Below, piece by piece: positions 18,349-32,100 of a stretch of DNA of 64,000 nt. Made by a program: the position numbers and the translations under genes. This stretch comes from a virus, in the IMG/VR virus record IMGVR_UViG_3300017917_000894, positions 8,294 through 72,293 of that record. The stretch is one strand, 5' to 3'. Positions within the stretch are counted from its first letter, which is position 1, and each line of letters opens with the position of its first letter. The notes under the pieces are model-generated. The model had not been told where the DNA came from. It worked only from the letters and a program-made list of their open reading frames with translations, and searched no databases.

Positions 18349-20130
18349 TTATGTCTTTATAATGTAATAGACAGGTCTTCCACCTGTTGCAGTTGTTATA
18401 TTCATCATGTTAGGCACACTAAAATTACCCGCGGCGCCGCCATAACCGTATCCAATAACACCAAATAAGTCAGGGTGAGTTGTTATAGGATAACTAGATC
18501 CGTCACATAACAAAAATTCGTTGCCAATTAACATTGTTAATGTAGATGTTCCGTAGGGAATAATCATACCTGGCTGGAACACCTGTGCATAAACATCTGC
18601 TAAAAAGTCTTTTTTACTAATTTTTTGCAGACCAGTACCGGCACCAGTTGCAGTATTAACTACCATTAATGTTTGTGTAGCGGTCGTTGATGTAGTCAAC
18701 GACTGTCCAGTTACCATCAACGAAGTTGCAGTAACAACTAGATTAATATTTCCGCTGCCGTTAAAGTTATAGCCACCAGCAGTTGCCATGTGTCCAGTTA
18801 CTTTAAACTCGCGTGCTACTGCTAAAGTTGTTGCAGTGTTTACTGATCCGTTAATATAAACATAGGTGCCAGTTGATGCAATTTCAGAAACATAAATTCT
18901 TCTAAAGGCTTTACTTGAACTACCTAGATCGTAGCTATCATTTTCGTTAGGTTCAATTATTGACCCGCTACCACCTATAACTCCTAGCTTCATTTTTCCT
19001 GCAAAAGACGAAGTAGTTGCCACTGTTAAAGTATTTGCAGTTAATAATTTTCCAAAAGATCCGCTACCAGCAACAACTAAAGCCGAATTAGTCGTAGTTG
19101 TAATATTTACAGATCCTGAAAATTTACCAGATCCTGCTACATCTAAACTGACAGTAGGAACGCCGTTGTTAACGCCTATAAACCCACCTGATGTAAATTT
19201 TATAAAAGACTTATCATTAATTTCATCTTTAATACCAACTTTCATTGTAGAACTTTGTGTATTAGAATAATAAATTAATGCTTCTGAAGAGGTATTATAA
19301 ATTCTTATTGGCTTGTTAAGAACATCTTTTCTAACATACAGACCAGCTGAAGATTCAACGACAAACGTACCAGTGTGTATTTGAGGAATCGCTGTAGATT
19401 TATTTTTTAATACATCAGATGCTTTTACTGTAACACCGGGTGCAAGATATAATGAGGCTGCACTTTCTGCTACACCGTTATATCGTGCAACAATTTTAGA
19501 AGTTAAGTTTGTACCTTTTTTAATTGTAGTAAAACCATCAATTACAATTTTAGGTGTAAACTCATCATTTGAAATTATTTCAACTACTTTTCCGTTAACC
19601 CAATTAAGTATTATAGGATAACTTTCATTGGTATTGCTTTCGACCACAACAACTTCTGGTCCTGTTTTACTAATACCAGTTTCTACTTGAGGTCCAACAA
19701 TAGTCCATCCTGTCGAACTTTTAATTTTTAATTGATTGGCCGAAGTATCAACCCATATATCACCTAAGGTTACACCTGCACTATAACTTAGTGTAGGATC
19801 CGAATGCTGTTGATATATTCCGTTTGCAGCCGGCCATCTGTTACTGGTAATTTCGCCATTGTTAATTCTTAATACTTTTCTTGCCGGATTACTGGTATCA
19901 TACCATAATTGTCCCTTGACAGCATTTGCTGGAGGATTAGGGCCAGCAAAATTTTCCAATAATTTTAAAAAATTTTGTGCAGTATCAAGACCATAATTGT
20001 TATATCCGGGTCCCACTAAATCGAGACTAGTATCATAGTTATTCTTTCCTGGACCGACTGACGTTCCTAGAACTTCAATAGTTCCGGTATTAGTTGGATC
20101 TGAAAATCTAAGAGTATAGGAATTTGCCAT
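18349..20130 (-). CDS. Tail fibre protein with tail-collar domain
   Basis: C-terminal PGMIIPY..LLCDGSSY...LFGVIGY.YGG...F.VP..YIIK is a collar motif. Confidence 0.8.
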   Translation of the reverse strand: MANSYTLRFSDPTNTGTIEVLGTSVGPGKNNYDTSLDLVGPGYNNYGLDTAQNFLKLLENFAGPNPPANAVKGQLWYDTSNPARKVLRINNGEITSNRWPAANGIYQQHSDPTLSYSAGVTLGDIWVDTSANQLKIKSSTGWTIVGPQVETGISKTGPEVVVVESNTNESYPIILNWVNGKVVEIISNDEFTPKIVIDGFTTIKKGTNLTSKIVARYNGVAESAASLYLAPGVTVKASDVLKNKSTAIPQIHTGTFVVESSAGLYVRKDVLNKPIRIYNTSSEALIYYSNTQSSTMKVGIKDEINDKSFIKFTSGGFIGVNNGVPTVSLDVAGSGKFSGSVNITTTTNSALVVAGSGSFGKLLTANTLTVATTSSFAGKMKLGVIGGSGSIIEPNENDSYDLGSSSKAFRRIYVSEIASTGTYVYINGSVNTATTLAVAREFKVTGHMATAGGYNFNGSGNINLVVTATSLMVTGQSLTTSTTATQTLMVVNTATGAGTGLQKISKKDFLADVYAQVFQPGMIIPYGTSTLTMLIGNEFLLCDGSSYPITTHPDLFGVIGYGYGGAAGNFSVPNMMNITTATGGRPVYYIIKT

Positions 20131-20131
20131 C

Positions 20132-20764
20132 TTATGCTCCAGTGCTCAAACTTTGAATTCTTACAGTATAATCTACCTGTATCATTCTGTTTAATGATTT
20201 TTGAACAGGGTGGAAAATAACATGAGTTAACAACATTCCTGTATTAGGGCCTTCAGGGTTATATGATCTTAACCCGAGCTCATCAAAAACAAATTCGCCG
20301 TCCGAATTTGTTTCATTATCAAAAGCAGCCTGTGTACCAGGTTCACCAAAATCTAATAAGCAACTAACTAGAACATCAGTGTAAATTGTACCTGCTATAT
20401 GTCTAGTTTCCATAAAGTTTCTAGCAGGATCTAGACTATAAGAACTTTTAGCATCAACTGTTTTATAATAAGTTTGATTGTAAAGGCTTGCACCAGAACC
20501 GACATTATTAGGAGTCAAATAGGTAATTATACCAGTATTATCGATTCGTGTTCCACCATTACCGAATGCCATTTCGGCAATCGGGCCTTCTCCTTGATTA
20601 GAAATACTCTGTGCAAGTGCTATAGAAAAGTTTTCATAGTGAATAGCATTTCGTTTATTCACAAAAATTTCTTTAGAAATCGGATCATAAATTTTTATAT
20701 GACCCTGAATACTTACTGAGCTGTGATCTTTTGACAAATTGTTCATGTTTTTCATCCGTACCAA
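20132..20764 (-). CDS. Putative virion structural protein (baseplate/fibre adaptor)
   Basis: Lies in the tail operon after a CATAAATA motif; contains FGNGG, FDELGL and HPVQKS. Confidence 0.6.
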   Translation of the reverse strand: MVRMKNMNNLSKDHSSVSIQGHIKIYDPISKEIFVNKRNAIHYENFSIALAQSISNQGEGPIAEMAFGNGGTRIDNTGIITYLTPNNVGSGASLYNQTYYKTVDAKSSYSLDPARNFMETRHIAGTIYTDVLVSCLLDFGEPGTQAAFDNETNSDGEFVFDELGLRSYNPEGPNTGMLLTHVIFHPVQKSLNRMIQVDYTVRIQSLSTGA

Positions 20765-20790
20765 TATTTATGCATCTAAAAATTTAGATC

Positions 20791-22458
20791 TCACCTTCCG
20801 TAACGTAAAATGTTAGTTCTAGGCCAAACTTGACCTGCTGTTTTTCTAGGCCCAAGATTTACTTTAGGTGCTGCTTGCCCTTCTAATGGGCGAGGATTAT
20901 AAAAGGCCAAATACCTATTTTCACCATTAATTAAATCATTAGGGTCTCCAATACCTCCAGACGTAGTTGTTAACTGACCAAGTCTTGCCGAATTGATAAT
21001 GAATTCTTTAGCTGTTGAATTTTTAATTGTAGGCCAATGCTCGGCTGCACAAGCTAATACACCTGCAACTTGAGGAGATGCCATACTAGTTCCACTAAAC
21101 TTTGATAATCGATATGTACCATTTCGAGAATCCGGAACTGTAGTGTAAACTGTGGAATTAACTGAGCTTATAATTCTTTCGCCTGGGGCATATAAGTCAA
21201 CTCTACGTCCAGTTGAACTAAATGTAGATTTTCTTTCTGTTGATAACAAATTAACCGATCCGACAACAATAACATTAGGATTATTCCATGTACCCCTAGA
21301 ATAATAAGTAAGAACTGAACCAAATCGTTCTATATAGTTGTTATAATCTCTCGAGATTGTGGTAGAGAACGAGTCTAACGGTAGTCCGTCGTTTCCCGCG
21401 GCAGCTACAAATACAATACCTTCATTGATAGCATCTTGAATATCAGCATCAAGTGAAGCACTATAAATCGGTATTTGAACTGTGGTGCCGCTTACTAACA
21501 ATCCACGAGAGGTTAATTCTGAATCTGAAAAAGGAGGATCATATTCAACTCCCCGAAATCTTAACTTTGTAATATCAGAGATATTAGCAGTAACCGATAG
21601 TCCGTAACTATGATTAGTAATTGTAGGATTTTTTAATCCTGTTCGAGGATTAACAGGTTTATTTCTATGCCATACTCTAATATAATCAACCAATCTAGAA
21701 ATAGGAATTACGCTAGGAGAGGAACCATACGGACTAATATTGTAGATGTTAGCTTTTCTAGCCCATCCATGAGTGTTTCCGACAATAGTTCCTGCTACGT
21801 GACATCCGTGGTCGTTATCGGCTGTTCTATCAGATATACCGTCACCGTTATTATCAGGGTAGCTAGAATCAACATATGGTGTATATGTATAAGTTCCGTT
21901 TGCGCCGCCTGTGACCTGAGAATTTAAACTAAACCAATTAAATTGATTTACTCGACTGCCACCAGTTCCGTCTGCATTAGCCGCAAATTCAGGATGATTG
22001 GGATTTATTAGTCCGTCGACTACCACAACATCAACATCTCGGCCGTCTGCGGTAGTGGTAATTGTTCCACTGACGTTTGTAGTGGAATCTGATCCCCAAC
22101 CAGTCCTCTGTACTTGTTCAAAACAACGTAATAATCCCCAGTTTCTATGTGTTGAGGACACAGTATTTGATTTATTCCATAATGAACTAGTCTGTGTCCA
22201 CACTGGATTAACTGTTATACCTTGTTCTTCTAAATTTAATTCAACACTTAAAACCCTTGGATCTTTTTTAAGATTTTCAACTTCACCGTCGTATAGGTAA
22301 TAATGTGTATTTCTACTTACTGGTCGACGATCAGCAACACCAACTGGCCTACGAGGAACAAACCGAACCGTAGAAGAATTTTCCATATCATGGTAAAAAT
22401 TTTCTAAATCCTTGTAGTCTTTTAAAGTAACAATGTATTCTCTTAGACCAGTAGTCAT
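20791..22458 (-). CDS. Subtilisin-like S8 serine protease
   Basis: Catalytic triad VVVDG / HGCHVAG / GTSMASP, oxyanion AAGN, and an N-terminal prodomain-like segment. Confidence 0.92.
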   Translation of the reverse strand: MTTGLREYIVTLKDYKDLENFYHDMENSSTVRFVPRRPVGVADRRPVSRNTHYYLYDGEVENLKKDPRVLSVELNLEEQGITVNPVWTQTSSLWNKSNTVSSTHRNWGLLRCFEQVQRTGWGSDSTTNVSGTITTTADGRDVDVVVVDGLINPNHPEFAANADGTGGSRVNQFNWFSLNSQVTGGANGTYTYTPYVDSSYPDNNGDGISDRTADNDHGCHVAGTIVGNTHGWARKANIYNISPYGSSPSVIPISRLVDYIRVWHRNKPVNPRTGLKNPTITNHSYGLSVTANISDITKLRFRGVEYDPPFSDSELTSRGLLVSGTTVQIPIYSASLDADIQDAINEGIVFVAAAGNDGLPLDSFSTTISRDYNNYIERFGSVLTYYSRGTWNNPNVIVVGSVNLLSTERKSTFSSTGRRVDLYAPGERIISSVNSTVYTTVPDSRNGTYRLSKFSGTSMASPQVAGVLACAAEHWPTIKNSTAKEFIINSARLGQLTTTSGGIGDPNDLINGENRYLAFYNPRPLEGQAAPKVNLGPRKTAGQVWPRTNILRYGR

Positions 22459-22459
22459 A

Positions 22460-23182
22460 TTATGATTCCAATTGTAAAAGTGTTAATGTTACGGTAACTG
22501 TAGATGCCGACCCTGACTTATTAGTTGCTGCTAGATAAATCGTAGTTGCAGGAATAGCGTCATTATTAAATCCTAATACTCCGGGAGTGATTAGTTGTGT
22601 AAGATTACCGGCAGTTGTTATAACTTCAACAATAACTCCGGCGCCAGGTAATGGATCGTAGCCTTCATGCCTATTAGCAACATCGTTTGTTGCATTTGTA
22701 CTATCTGAATAAATTCTTACCCATGATGGTACATTTGTTTGCACTTTCTGCAACAAGTAACTCTTAAATCCAGTAGCAGTAAAAGTTCCAGTTGTGTTTG
22801 ATGATAGTATTATGCTACTACCAGTTGTAACGATTCTTGATCCTAACCCAACACCTCCGCCTCCACCAGAAACTGTACTCCATCCCGTATCATAATTTAA
22901 ATTACTTAATTTTGTTAGTACTTGACCTGTACTTCCTCCGTCTGGAATTCCGACTCCGTTTGCGCCGCTAGGGCCAGTTGGGCCGCCGCCGCTAGGGCCC
23001 GTCGGTCCTACTGGGCCTGCAGGGCCGGTCGGTCCATAAAATACTTGTCCTCCTAGATCGTCAACAACACGATCTAAAAGATCATCATATCTCATTCTTC
23101 TAGTTGCCTTTTCATCAACCATTAAGAAACTAGTAGCAGTAGTTCCTGTTGTGATAAAAGGTAATTGCGTAATCTTCGGCAT
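22460..23182 (-). CDS. Collagen-like repeat fibre protein
   Basis: GPTGPAGPVGPTGPS G-X-Y repeats and GGSTGQVL. Confidence 0.75.
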   Translation of the reverse strand: MPKITQLPFITTGTTATSFLMVDEKATRRMRYDDLLDRVVDDLGGQVFYGPTGPAGPVGPTGPSGGGPTGPSGANGVGIPDGGSTGQVLTKLSNLNYDTGWSTVSGGGGGVGLGSRIVTTGSSIILSSNTTGTFTATGFKSYLLQKVQTNVPSWVRIYSDSTNATNDVANRHEGYDPLPGAGVIVEVITTAGNLTQLITPGVLGFNNDAIPATTIYLAATNKSGSASTVTVTLTLLQLES

Positions 23183-23183
23183 C

Positions 23184-26100
23184 TTAATATCCTTCTAATG
23201 GGTTGTCATCATCATCAGTTAATTCAAAATTTGCATTATCTGTTAGAGCAGGAGTTCCACCATAATAATACTCGTCTGGTAATTCTGCTGTTTTGAATCT
23301 TATAAATTCGGCTTGTATGCTATCAGCAACAAGCAAACTAGTCATTGTTCCTTGCCATACTGTTCCTGTAGTGTGGCCAATATCAACTCTAACTCCTGGT
23401 ACAAAATCAGCAATATTTAACTTGAGTTCATAGTTTCCAGTTGTAGAATTGTATTCAACTTCAAATTCTGGAGGTAAAGTAACAAGACTTGTAACAGTTG
23501 TATAATAAGAAACTGTCCTATCGTGTACCTCAATACTGTTCTTACGTAAGGGTCTTCCTCCATAGCGAACTGTGATCTGATCTTTATAGGCTGCGGAATT
23601 TTTAAGTTGTACTCCGTCACCCCAAGATGCATATATAGATCCTGTATTAAATTCAAAACTTGATGTACTAATTACAAAGGTGTAAGTATTGTAGGTATTT
23701 GTAACCGTAGTTAATACGTAGGTACCAGTAGTTGAACTAGTAACATGATATTGCTTAAACATTTTGTCAGCATAAGGAATCTGCTGCTGTAAACTTTGAT
23801 CAACAACCTTAGTGCCAATTTCTGAGAAAGTTGCAGGACCTGTACCGTACATACTTCTTCTTAGATTAGAAAGTTTATTATCTCTCTTTTCAAAGAATTC
23901 AACACGCTCGCTATCAATGTAAATCACTCCGGGCACATTTTGAGCAGGGTTAGGAGGTATTAATCGAGAAGAATCTTCAACTTCAATCTCAATATCGTCG
24001 ACATTAAGTTCTTTTGTTAGTCTTGTTGAGTAGAATTCTGAAATTCTAGTGTAGTTATTTCTGTCAAATATATCTTTGAACATTCTATAACCTAAAACAA
24101 TATTAGTGTTCTTAGGAGAATTAATAACAGTGATTAAAATTTCATCGCCCGGATCAGCCACTATTAGTTCACTCAATTGAACAGTCTTAAGATCTGGCAA
24201 CAATTCATATTGTGACCCAGCTGTAATCTGAGATCCATTAATATAAACCCATATGTAACTGGCGCTCAATGCAGGCAAACTTAAAACATACCTGCCACTA
24301 GCATTGCCATTAAATCGTTCCGATCTTAGCATTATACCAGAGTTATCTTTAAAGGTTGTTAGTTTAACAGACCCAGATGCTAGTTGACTAGGATTTGAGA
24401 ATATTACCTGATTACCCATTACAACATAATCGTAATCCAATAAACTTTCAATAGCAATAGTGTCGCCGTTAGCTAATAAACCGTATGCTAATACAATCTG
24501 ACCGTTATTACCGTCTACTGTATAATCAAAGCCAGATCGTAATTGCACGCCATTAGCGTAAACTTTAACATTATTAATATCATAAGTACCGGGAGGTTGC
24601 ATCTCAGGACCGATATCATATGTTAATTGATTTCCGCCAATTTGATAATATGTTACATCAGGTGGATACAGTCGATACCTACCTTGTCCAAATGATGGTT
24701 CGTGTTCGACCAATATCTGAGAACTTATTGGTTCTAGAGTCGACACCATATTTGTAATTGTTAATAATGATGTTGCAGTGTCGATGGCAAATATCTCAGT
24801 CCACATTCCATTAAATTCAGGATAGTTAATACCAAAGAACCAAGCCTGAGCATTTACGCTACCTGTAGACATGTTATAAATCTTTACACTGGCTCTATTG
24901 TTATTATCGCCATATGGTTCAAGCATATAACCGTAATCTGTTGTAGTGTTAATCGAATCGATCTGAACACCATTAACAGTTACGTATGCACTCTTAACAT
25001 CTTCAATACTAGACAAACTAGGAATTGCAACACTAGACTCACCAACAACAGAAGCAATATTACTATCTAGATAGTAAGAACCTCCCATCGTAATCATTGT
25101 ATATCCAGCTCTTCCGTCCGATAACTGAGGTGCTATATACAATTTGTCTTCATATACAAAGAATTGATTAGTTGCTGTAAAGTTAAATGGATCTTTGTTA
25201 GGATCAAATCTTCCTTGACCGGCATATCTCCAATCTCCGCCGTCTGACGTACTATAAAATACATGACTGGTATTATTCTGAATAGAAGTCCACGAAACTT
25301 CAACATTTTCTGCACCGTTCGGAGAAGCAATGCCTGTAATAAATCCTGGCTCATTAGTTAGTGTAGCAACTTCTCTCCATGTATTTTCAAAAATCATTTC
25401 AACATACTGGTTAGTACCATCAGAGTATAAACCAACTTCATATTGATATGTTGGCAACTCGGGACTATTATTTCTGTATTGATAATGACTACCTTGGAAT
25501 CTTAATCTCCAATAATTAAAATTACCAACTGTACCAGAATCAAACCATAACCCAGGGGCCTGACCATTCTCAAGGGGTTGATCAAAAATTCCGATAGCCT
25601 GCCATAAATCGCAATACATAACCATGATTGACGGATTTTCAAGGGCATTTATGTTTAAAGGAGTATACTCATTATCTCCGCCGCCGAATGTTAGATAGCC
25701 GTTTGTACCAACATAAACCTCATTATAGACAGTACCAAACATATTCCAACCAAATCCTAACGAATAAGGTCCAGTAAACGTATCATCACCGGCCGCGGAT
25801 GCAATAGGAGAACCTGTTACTCCAATAGGTACCGCAGCTTCGGGACTATAATAAGGGCCAACAGTTTCGGGGTCGGGTGTTTCAGTTAATCGATCAAATA
25901 TTGCACCTTTGTATTCCACAGTTATACCGACTGCTTCATTGATCTTTTGAGATAATTTAGATACCGATGTAACACCTTGATATACCGGAACAGTTCCAGA
26001 AACGACTAACGGAGAGCTAAAGTTATCTTGTGTGTAAACACTTATGCCTACAGAATCTAATACATTACCTTTTACATGTTCTTCAGGAGCATGTCCGTGT

Positions 26101-29100
26101 TCAACACTTATAAATCCTGCACCGTCCCTAACAAGATCAACTGGACTTACTCCAAGTGCTCCGACAAAATTACCGGCACTATCCCATGAACCGGCCGACA
26201 ATTCAGTATCAACTCCGTTTACATTAAAATTGTCTTTCCAGAATTCAATCTTAGGATATCCGTGAACTACAACATCAAGAATATTAGTAGTTCCTTGAAG
26301 GAAAATAGTAACTCCTAAGTTTCCAGTTGCAGTGGCGCTTGTTAGATAGTATTCTGCTAATACTGGATAATTCGGTAAAGAATTTGTGTCGCCGTTTAAA
26401 TAGACCGAAGCAGTAGAAGCCGCATTATATGGAATTCCGGTGTCGTAAAATACCGTAGAAGTATTAGATACTGTATCTATGTTTCTATAAATTTCATAGA
26501 CTGTCCAGGTGTTAATTTCTTGTAAGACACTTGGAATATAAACAGAAGCAGTTGTAGATAATGTACGAGCCGATGTAGTAGACAGCACAGAAGTAGCGTG
26601 TGACCCTGTTCCTACAGCGGTGAATCTATCATTACCGACTCCTGTGACAACATATCTGCCGTTAAATCCAGTTAATGTTGCATTATTAACTCCGCTAATA
26701 TCAGCAATGTCACCAACTTTAATATCTCCACCAAAGTATTCTGTTGTATAGAAAACAACAGTTCCTGTGGTAGTTAATGTATCCGCCCAGATACGTTTAA
26801 TTCTAAAACGATAATCTGTTAAATTGATAGATTTAGTTGCTGTGTTAACACTTGCAACACTCATATTTTTCTTAATATAATTTGTTGCTGTATTTGTAAG
26901 TGTAATTTTTTGTCCAACAGAAATTCCAGTTAAGGTACTTAAGAACAATGTCGATGTACCATATGGAGCAGTCTTAATAAGATAAGAACTGGCATAATAA
27001 TCTGTTAAATCAGACCACGCTGAGTTAACATCATATATTCCTTGTCCCCACGGAGGACTATAATCAAAGGTCAATCCTTGAATTACAGAACTACTATACT
27101 CTGCACCCGACATTAACAATGGCAATTCTTTGCCAGGCATTTCTTCTGTTGGATTATAAAAGTTGTCAATTCTATCTACAGCATTATATAACTCAATATT
27201 TTTCTTGTATGTTACTTGTAGTGTTTGACCAAGTCCGGGAAGATAATTTAAAAACTTAAATCTACAGTATTTTTTAGTAGAACCATTATCTCTTACACGA
27301 TAATATTCTATTGTGTAGTCGGCTCCTAACACCAGTTTTTTGTCAAGCAAAGGAACAATAGTTGATTTGTCCGGATCGGCTAACCATTTAAGTTCAAAAG
27401 ATGATACTTCACCAGGACAGGTAAATGTCTCGGTAATTACAGATTCACCAATTTCGTTGTTTAATCCTATTCTATCAAATTTTAATTTAATATTATTTTT
27501 TCTTACAGGATTATTACCTATTACGACTGACATGGTTGCTGATACAACATTTGAGCCGCCGTTAATCAAAGAAATAATCGGAGGAGTAACATATCCAGAC
27601 CCCGGATTAGTAACTACTATATTATAAATTTCTCCATTTCGTAGATATGCTTCGGCAGCAGCGCCGGAACCTGTATCACCAGTTGCAGTTGTAAAGACTA
27701 CTATCGGTCTTTGAGTATACCCCGAACCGCCGTTGGCAATTAATACATCAGTAACTTCATACTTGTAATTGTCGTACCAATCTTTTCTAGGATATTCGTT
27801 TAGTAAAGAATTGCCTAAAGAAACTGTTTCAAAATTACCAGTTAAAGGATTGTAGTAGGAAGGAAGATCAAAGTCGGTTGTATGTATACCGGTATTTTCT
27901 AAATAGGTATATTCAGAAACATAATTTCTAACCTTTGTTCTATAAGGCTTTACTTCGTTAATATATTCTTCGAAATATTTTTCGTTGTCCAGCTTATAAA
28001 CTGATCTCTGGTCCAATTCTCCAATAGTATTGGTTACAGAAATAAAAGAAGTTTTAAATGCCCAATCTAATAACTTCTGTTCAGTTAACGCATATTTTAA
28101 TGCCTTGAAGAAGAATAGATTCCAATATACCTTTAGATTTTTTATAAAGATATCATCTTTAAGTGCGGTTAAAATAAAATTAAGTTCTAGATCAGGTAGC
28201 TGATCATACAATGTTTCTTCTAGGGTACCGACATCATAAGAATAATCACTCTGGGTATAATCCCATATTGTATCTAAAATTTGAATTGTTCCGCGTTCAC
28301 TATAGATTATGTCATACGAGGTAGAATAATCTCCAACTTGGTCATCGGCAACTCTTTCTAAAATTATATATCGGCCGTCGCCATAATTTTTGATCTTTAC
28401 ATAATCGCCGGGATCAATTTCTGTTATTCTGCTAAGTTCGTAGGTGTTATCTACTACATACCTATAGTCTTTATAACCATCATAGGTATCTTTAATCCAA
28501 TCTACATATTTCCAGAATAACGGTGTGTTGTAAGACTGGGTGCGTGTTCTGATCCAATATCTATTTCTATATTCAAAATCGTGTTTAGTCCAGCGCCCGC
28601 CGTAATTCGAATCAGCACTTACAACGACACTATGAGATCTTACTTCTAAAGTAATGTCTACATAATTTTGACCGTTATCTTCAATTGTTGCACCTACTAC
28701 TCTGCCGACAGCATCTATCTCAGTCTTGATAACTGCCCCGTTCCCGGTATTTGATGCAATTTTTACAGTAGGAGCAACAGAATACCCGAAACCAGGATTT
28801 GTAATTTCAACTGAAACTATTTTTCCGTTATACAAATCACAGACTAATTGGGCTCTTTCAAATTTAGTTGTGTCTATTAATTCTAATTCAGAAATATCGT
28901 CAATTAATAAATCGTACTCTTGATCAGTAATATCCGGAATTTGTTCAAAAGATAATAAATTCTCAAAGCTAAAATTACCGGTAATTTTTTCATCGATTAA
29001 CACAGAATTTGTGTAATCAATAAGATTGCGAAGAGCCTGCAATCTATCTTTAAACAAAGTCTGTTGAGGACGAATACCAATTCCGTATTTGCTTCTAAAC

Positions 29101-32100
29101 GACAAATCGGGGTCAGGAACTAACTTTCCTTGTTCGTCGTGACCTAATAAACTGTCGAACAATTTTTTGTTCAATAGAGGCGTAGGAATACTATTCGGAT
29201 CGCCTTCTCGAATTAAAATCCACTCTGTATGTCTCGGAACTGAATTGTTGGTACTGTCTACAGCAATGTTTGCATGTATATAAGAACCTACTAGGCTAGT
29301 ATTAATATTAGCAAATGCTACACTGTCTTTAGCCAAGACCATAACATGCTTGATGCCGTTGGCAACAGGATCAGCAATTAAACTTGCAACTTGATAAGAA
29401 CTTATTCTTCTATTTTTTACATCAGGAACAGTAACTTTATTCTTTACCCAGAAATAATAAACATTGTTAAAAGAATTTGTAAGAGAATTCCAAACTTGTT
29501 TAACTGACAGAATAGAATTATCAGGGTATTTAGGTTGTCCAGAGATTCCCCTTACAAGGCCTTCGTTTGTGTCTGCCTGAGCAGCCCATTCGCTAGGTAA
29601 TAGATCTGACTTTACCCATTCATATACATCAATCGATGCACCAGGGAATAATCGTCCCCAATTGTTCTTTTTATAAATTTCAGAACCTTGTTCATACCAC
29701 ATGTATTTTGCGGTACTTACATCCCACCACAGTTCGCCTACATGTTCGTCGATCCAATTAGTTTGATCATCGTTTACTGTACCTACTGTACCAATTGTAT
29801 AAACTGCAGGATCGGCCGCAGTTTTATATTTTATTTCTTGCTCTGCAATACCTGCAACTTTTCCTTTTATAGGATCAATTGCATCTAAATACTCAATAAT
29901 TGTTTCATTCTTAGAATCAATTAAAGCCACACGATTTATAGTATTAACATCAACAAGATCTTCTTGATAAGCTAATAAATTCCAACTGGTCTTATTCTGA
30001 TCAATCTTAGTATATTGGAAGAAAGTTGACTTATCTTCTCCGGTGCCTTCTGCATACCAAGGAGCCCCAACAAAAATACTTCTATTAGTTGTAGCTAAAG
30101 AATACCCATATCTGCTACCGTCGACTATATTATTATTCTTAAGCTCGTCGGCTATGACAAAATAATCGCCAAAGTTATTGTAAAGGTAAACAGACCCTGC
30201 ATCTGAAATAGGACTAAAGAATCGTGTAGTGTCGCTGTCAAATGTTGTTTCACCATCTCTGGTATTAATATCGAATTGACTTTGCTTAGATCTATTAACA
30301 CCAATGGAAGAAACAACCAACGATAGTTCATCTTTACTAATAGAGATAGATTGACCAAATTTTAAATCGTTGGTAGTTTCTGGATTTTCAATAATCTGCC
30401 TTAATACATAGGTACCAGTGCTGGTAAGATTTGTTGCTGTATAAATTGCAATCTTACCATATACCTGTCCTGCTTCTCTAGTTTCTTTAGAGGAAATTAT
30501 TAAGAATTTCCCAGAAGGACTAACTTCAATATCATGTCCGAACACATCAGTAGTGCCGAACGGAGAATATAATGTCTGCTTCCAAGAAAGGTTTGCATTA
30601 TAAATTTGAACAACACCAGTTGCAGTTGTTCCTTCTACATGGCCCGGCGCAGAAACAGCGATAAAATTACCATTAGTACTTCCCGAAATCTTTTCACCGA
30701 ACTGAGATTTTGAATCTAATATAACATTAGAATTTAAAACAATCCCCTGAGAATGTTGTGTAACTAAAACACTGCCGGTAGTGGTTGTATTAATGTAATA
30801 GCAGAATACATGACCAGTAGATGTATTAACAACACCGTCACCGGGCGCTCCAACTAAGAAAGTTGTACTATTCTGTGCAGAAACTTGATTAGTATACAAC
30901 GAGTGGCCGTATCTTAAATTAGCCGCTTTTTCAGTTGTGTCAGAATATGTTCCAGGCGCAAGTAAAACTAATTTTGTTTCTTCGAAATCAATTAATTGTT
31001 TTCTAGAACTAATTTTTATAAGACCTTGATTATCAAATGACTTGAATGTGCCTGTTCCTGTACTAACAACAATTGTCGCTGTAGTAGAGGTAGAAGAACG
31101 AACCTTACTAGCTGCCGGTGCTCCTGCTAAAAATAATTCTTTATTAATATCGTAGCCCAACGAATAACCAAAGTCTGTAGCGGTATTATTTTCACAATAA
31201 ATTTTACCGTCAGAATTTAAAATGTATTCAAACTGTTTACTAACCTCATCTTCAAATCTTTCAAATACAGCAATTCGACCTTCACTATCATAGATAGGCA
31301 AACTCCAAGATGGGGATGAAATTAAAACAATTGGACTGTCTTCATTAGCGTAGATTGTATGCCCCAATTGTTGAGCTGAAGGTATAGCCGGAGAATTTAC
31401 TGTCAATGCTACTTTATAATTGTCTACCTTTTCGTATACAGCCCATTTTTCCGGAGCTTGGTCGATCCAGATTTTATCTCCTTGCCCCAACCTAAATAGA
31501 TTTTTTACGTTCGAAATTTGTTCAAAGTCACTAAATCTAGCTGTTTCGAATTTAAAGAGAGCACCAAATGCCAACAGTTCTTCGTTTACAATAGTCGATA
31601 ATTCAGATGCAACAGTAAACTGATTGAGCTCAGGTACCCCGGTAACTCGATATACTCCATTAACTTGATTGTTGAAGGCTACAACAGAAACAATATCTCC
31701 AACTAATAATCCATGGTGGAAGTCGGTAACAAAAGTAATTTCTTCAGCAGGGGCACTAACAAACACTCCCGAAATTTTAGCCTTTTGTCTTGTATATCTG
31801 TAGACATCCCAATCACCGTTTTCTAAGAAACCTAACCAAATAGTGTCTCTATCTTTTACAGCAGAGTTATTAGCAATGTCTAATAGACTATCTTTATTAT
31901 ATGCCGTAGCAACAACATGATCAGGATTTACATAACCGGCGGAAAGTAATTTTATATTGTTATCAATAAATGTCGAATCTGAATAGACTGAGAAAATCTG
32001 AGATGCATCAAAATCGTTAGGTTTAATTAACAATCCTGTAGAAGATGTGTAATTAATTAACGGATTTTTATCAGTTGGGTCAGTATTAACAAACTTAACA

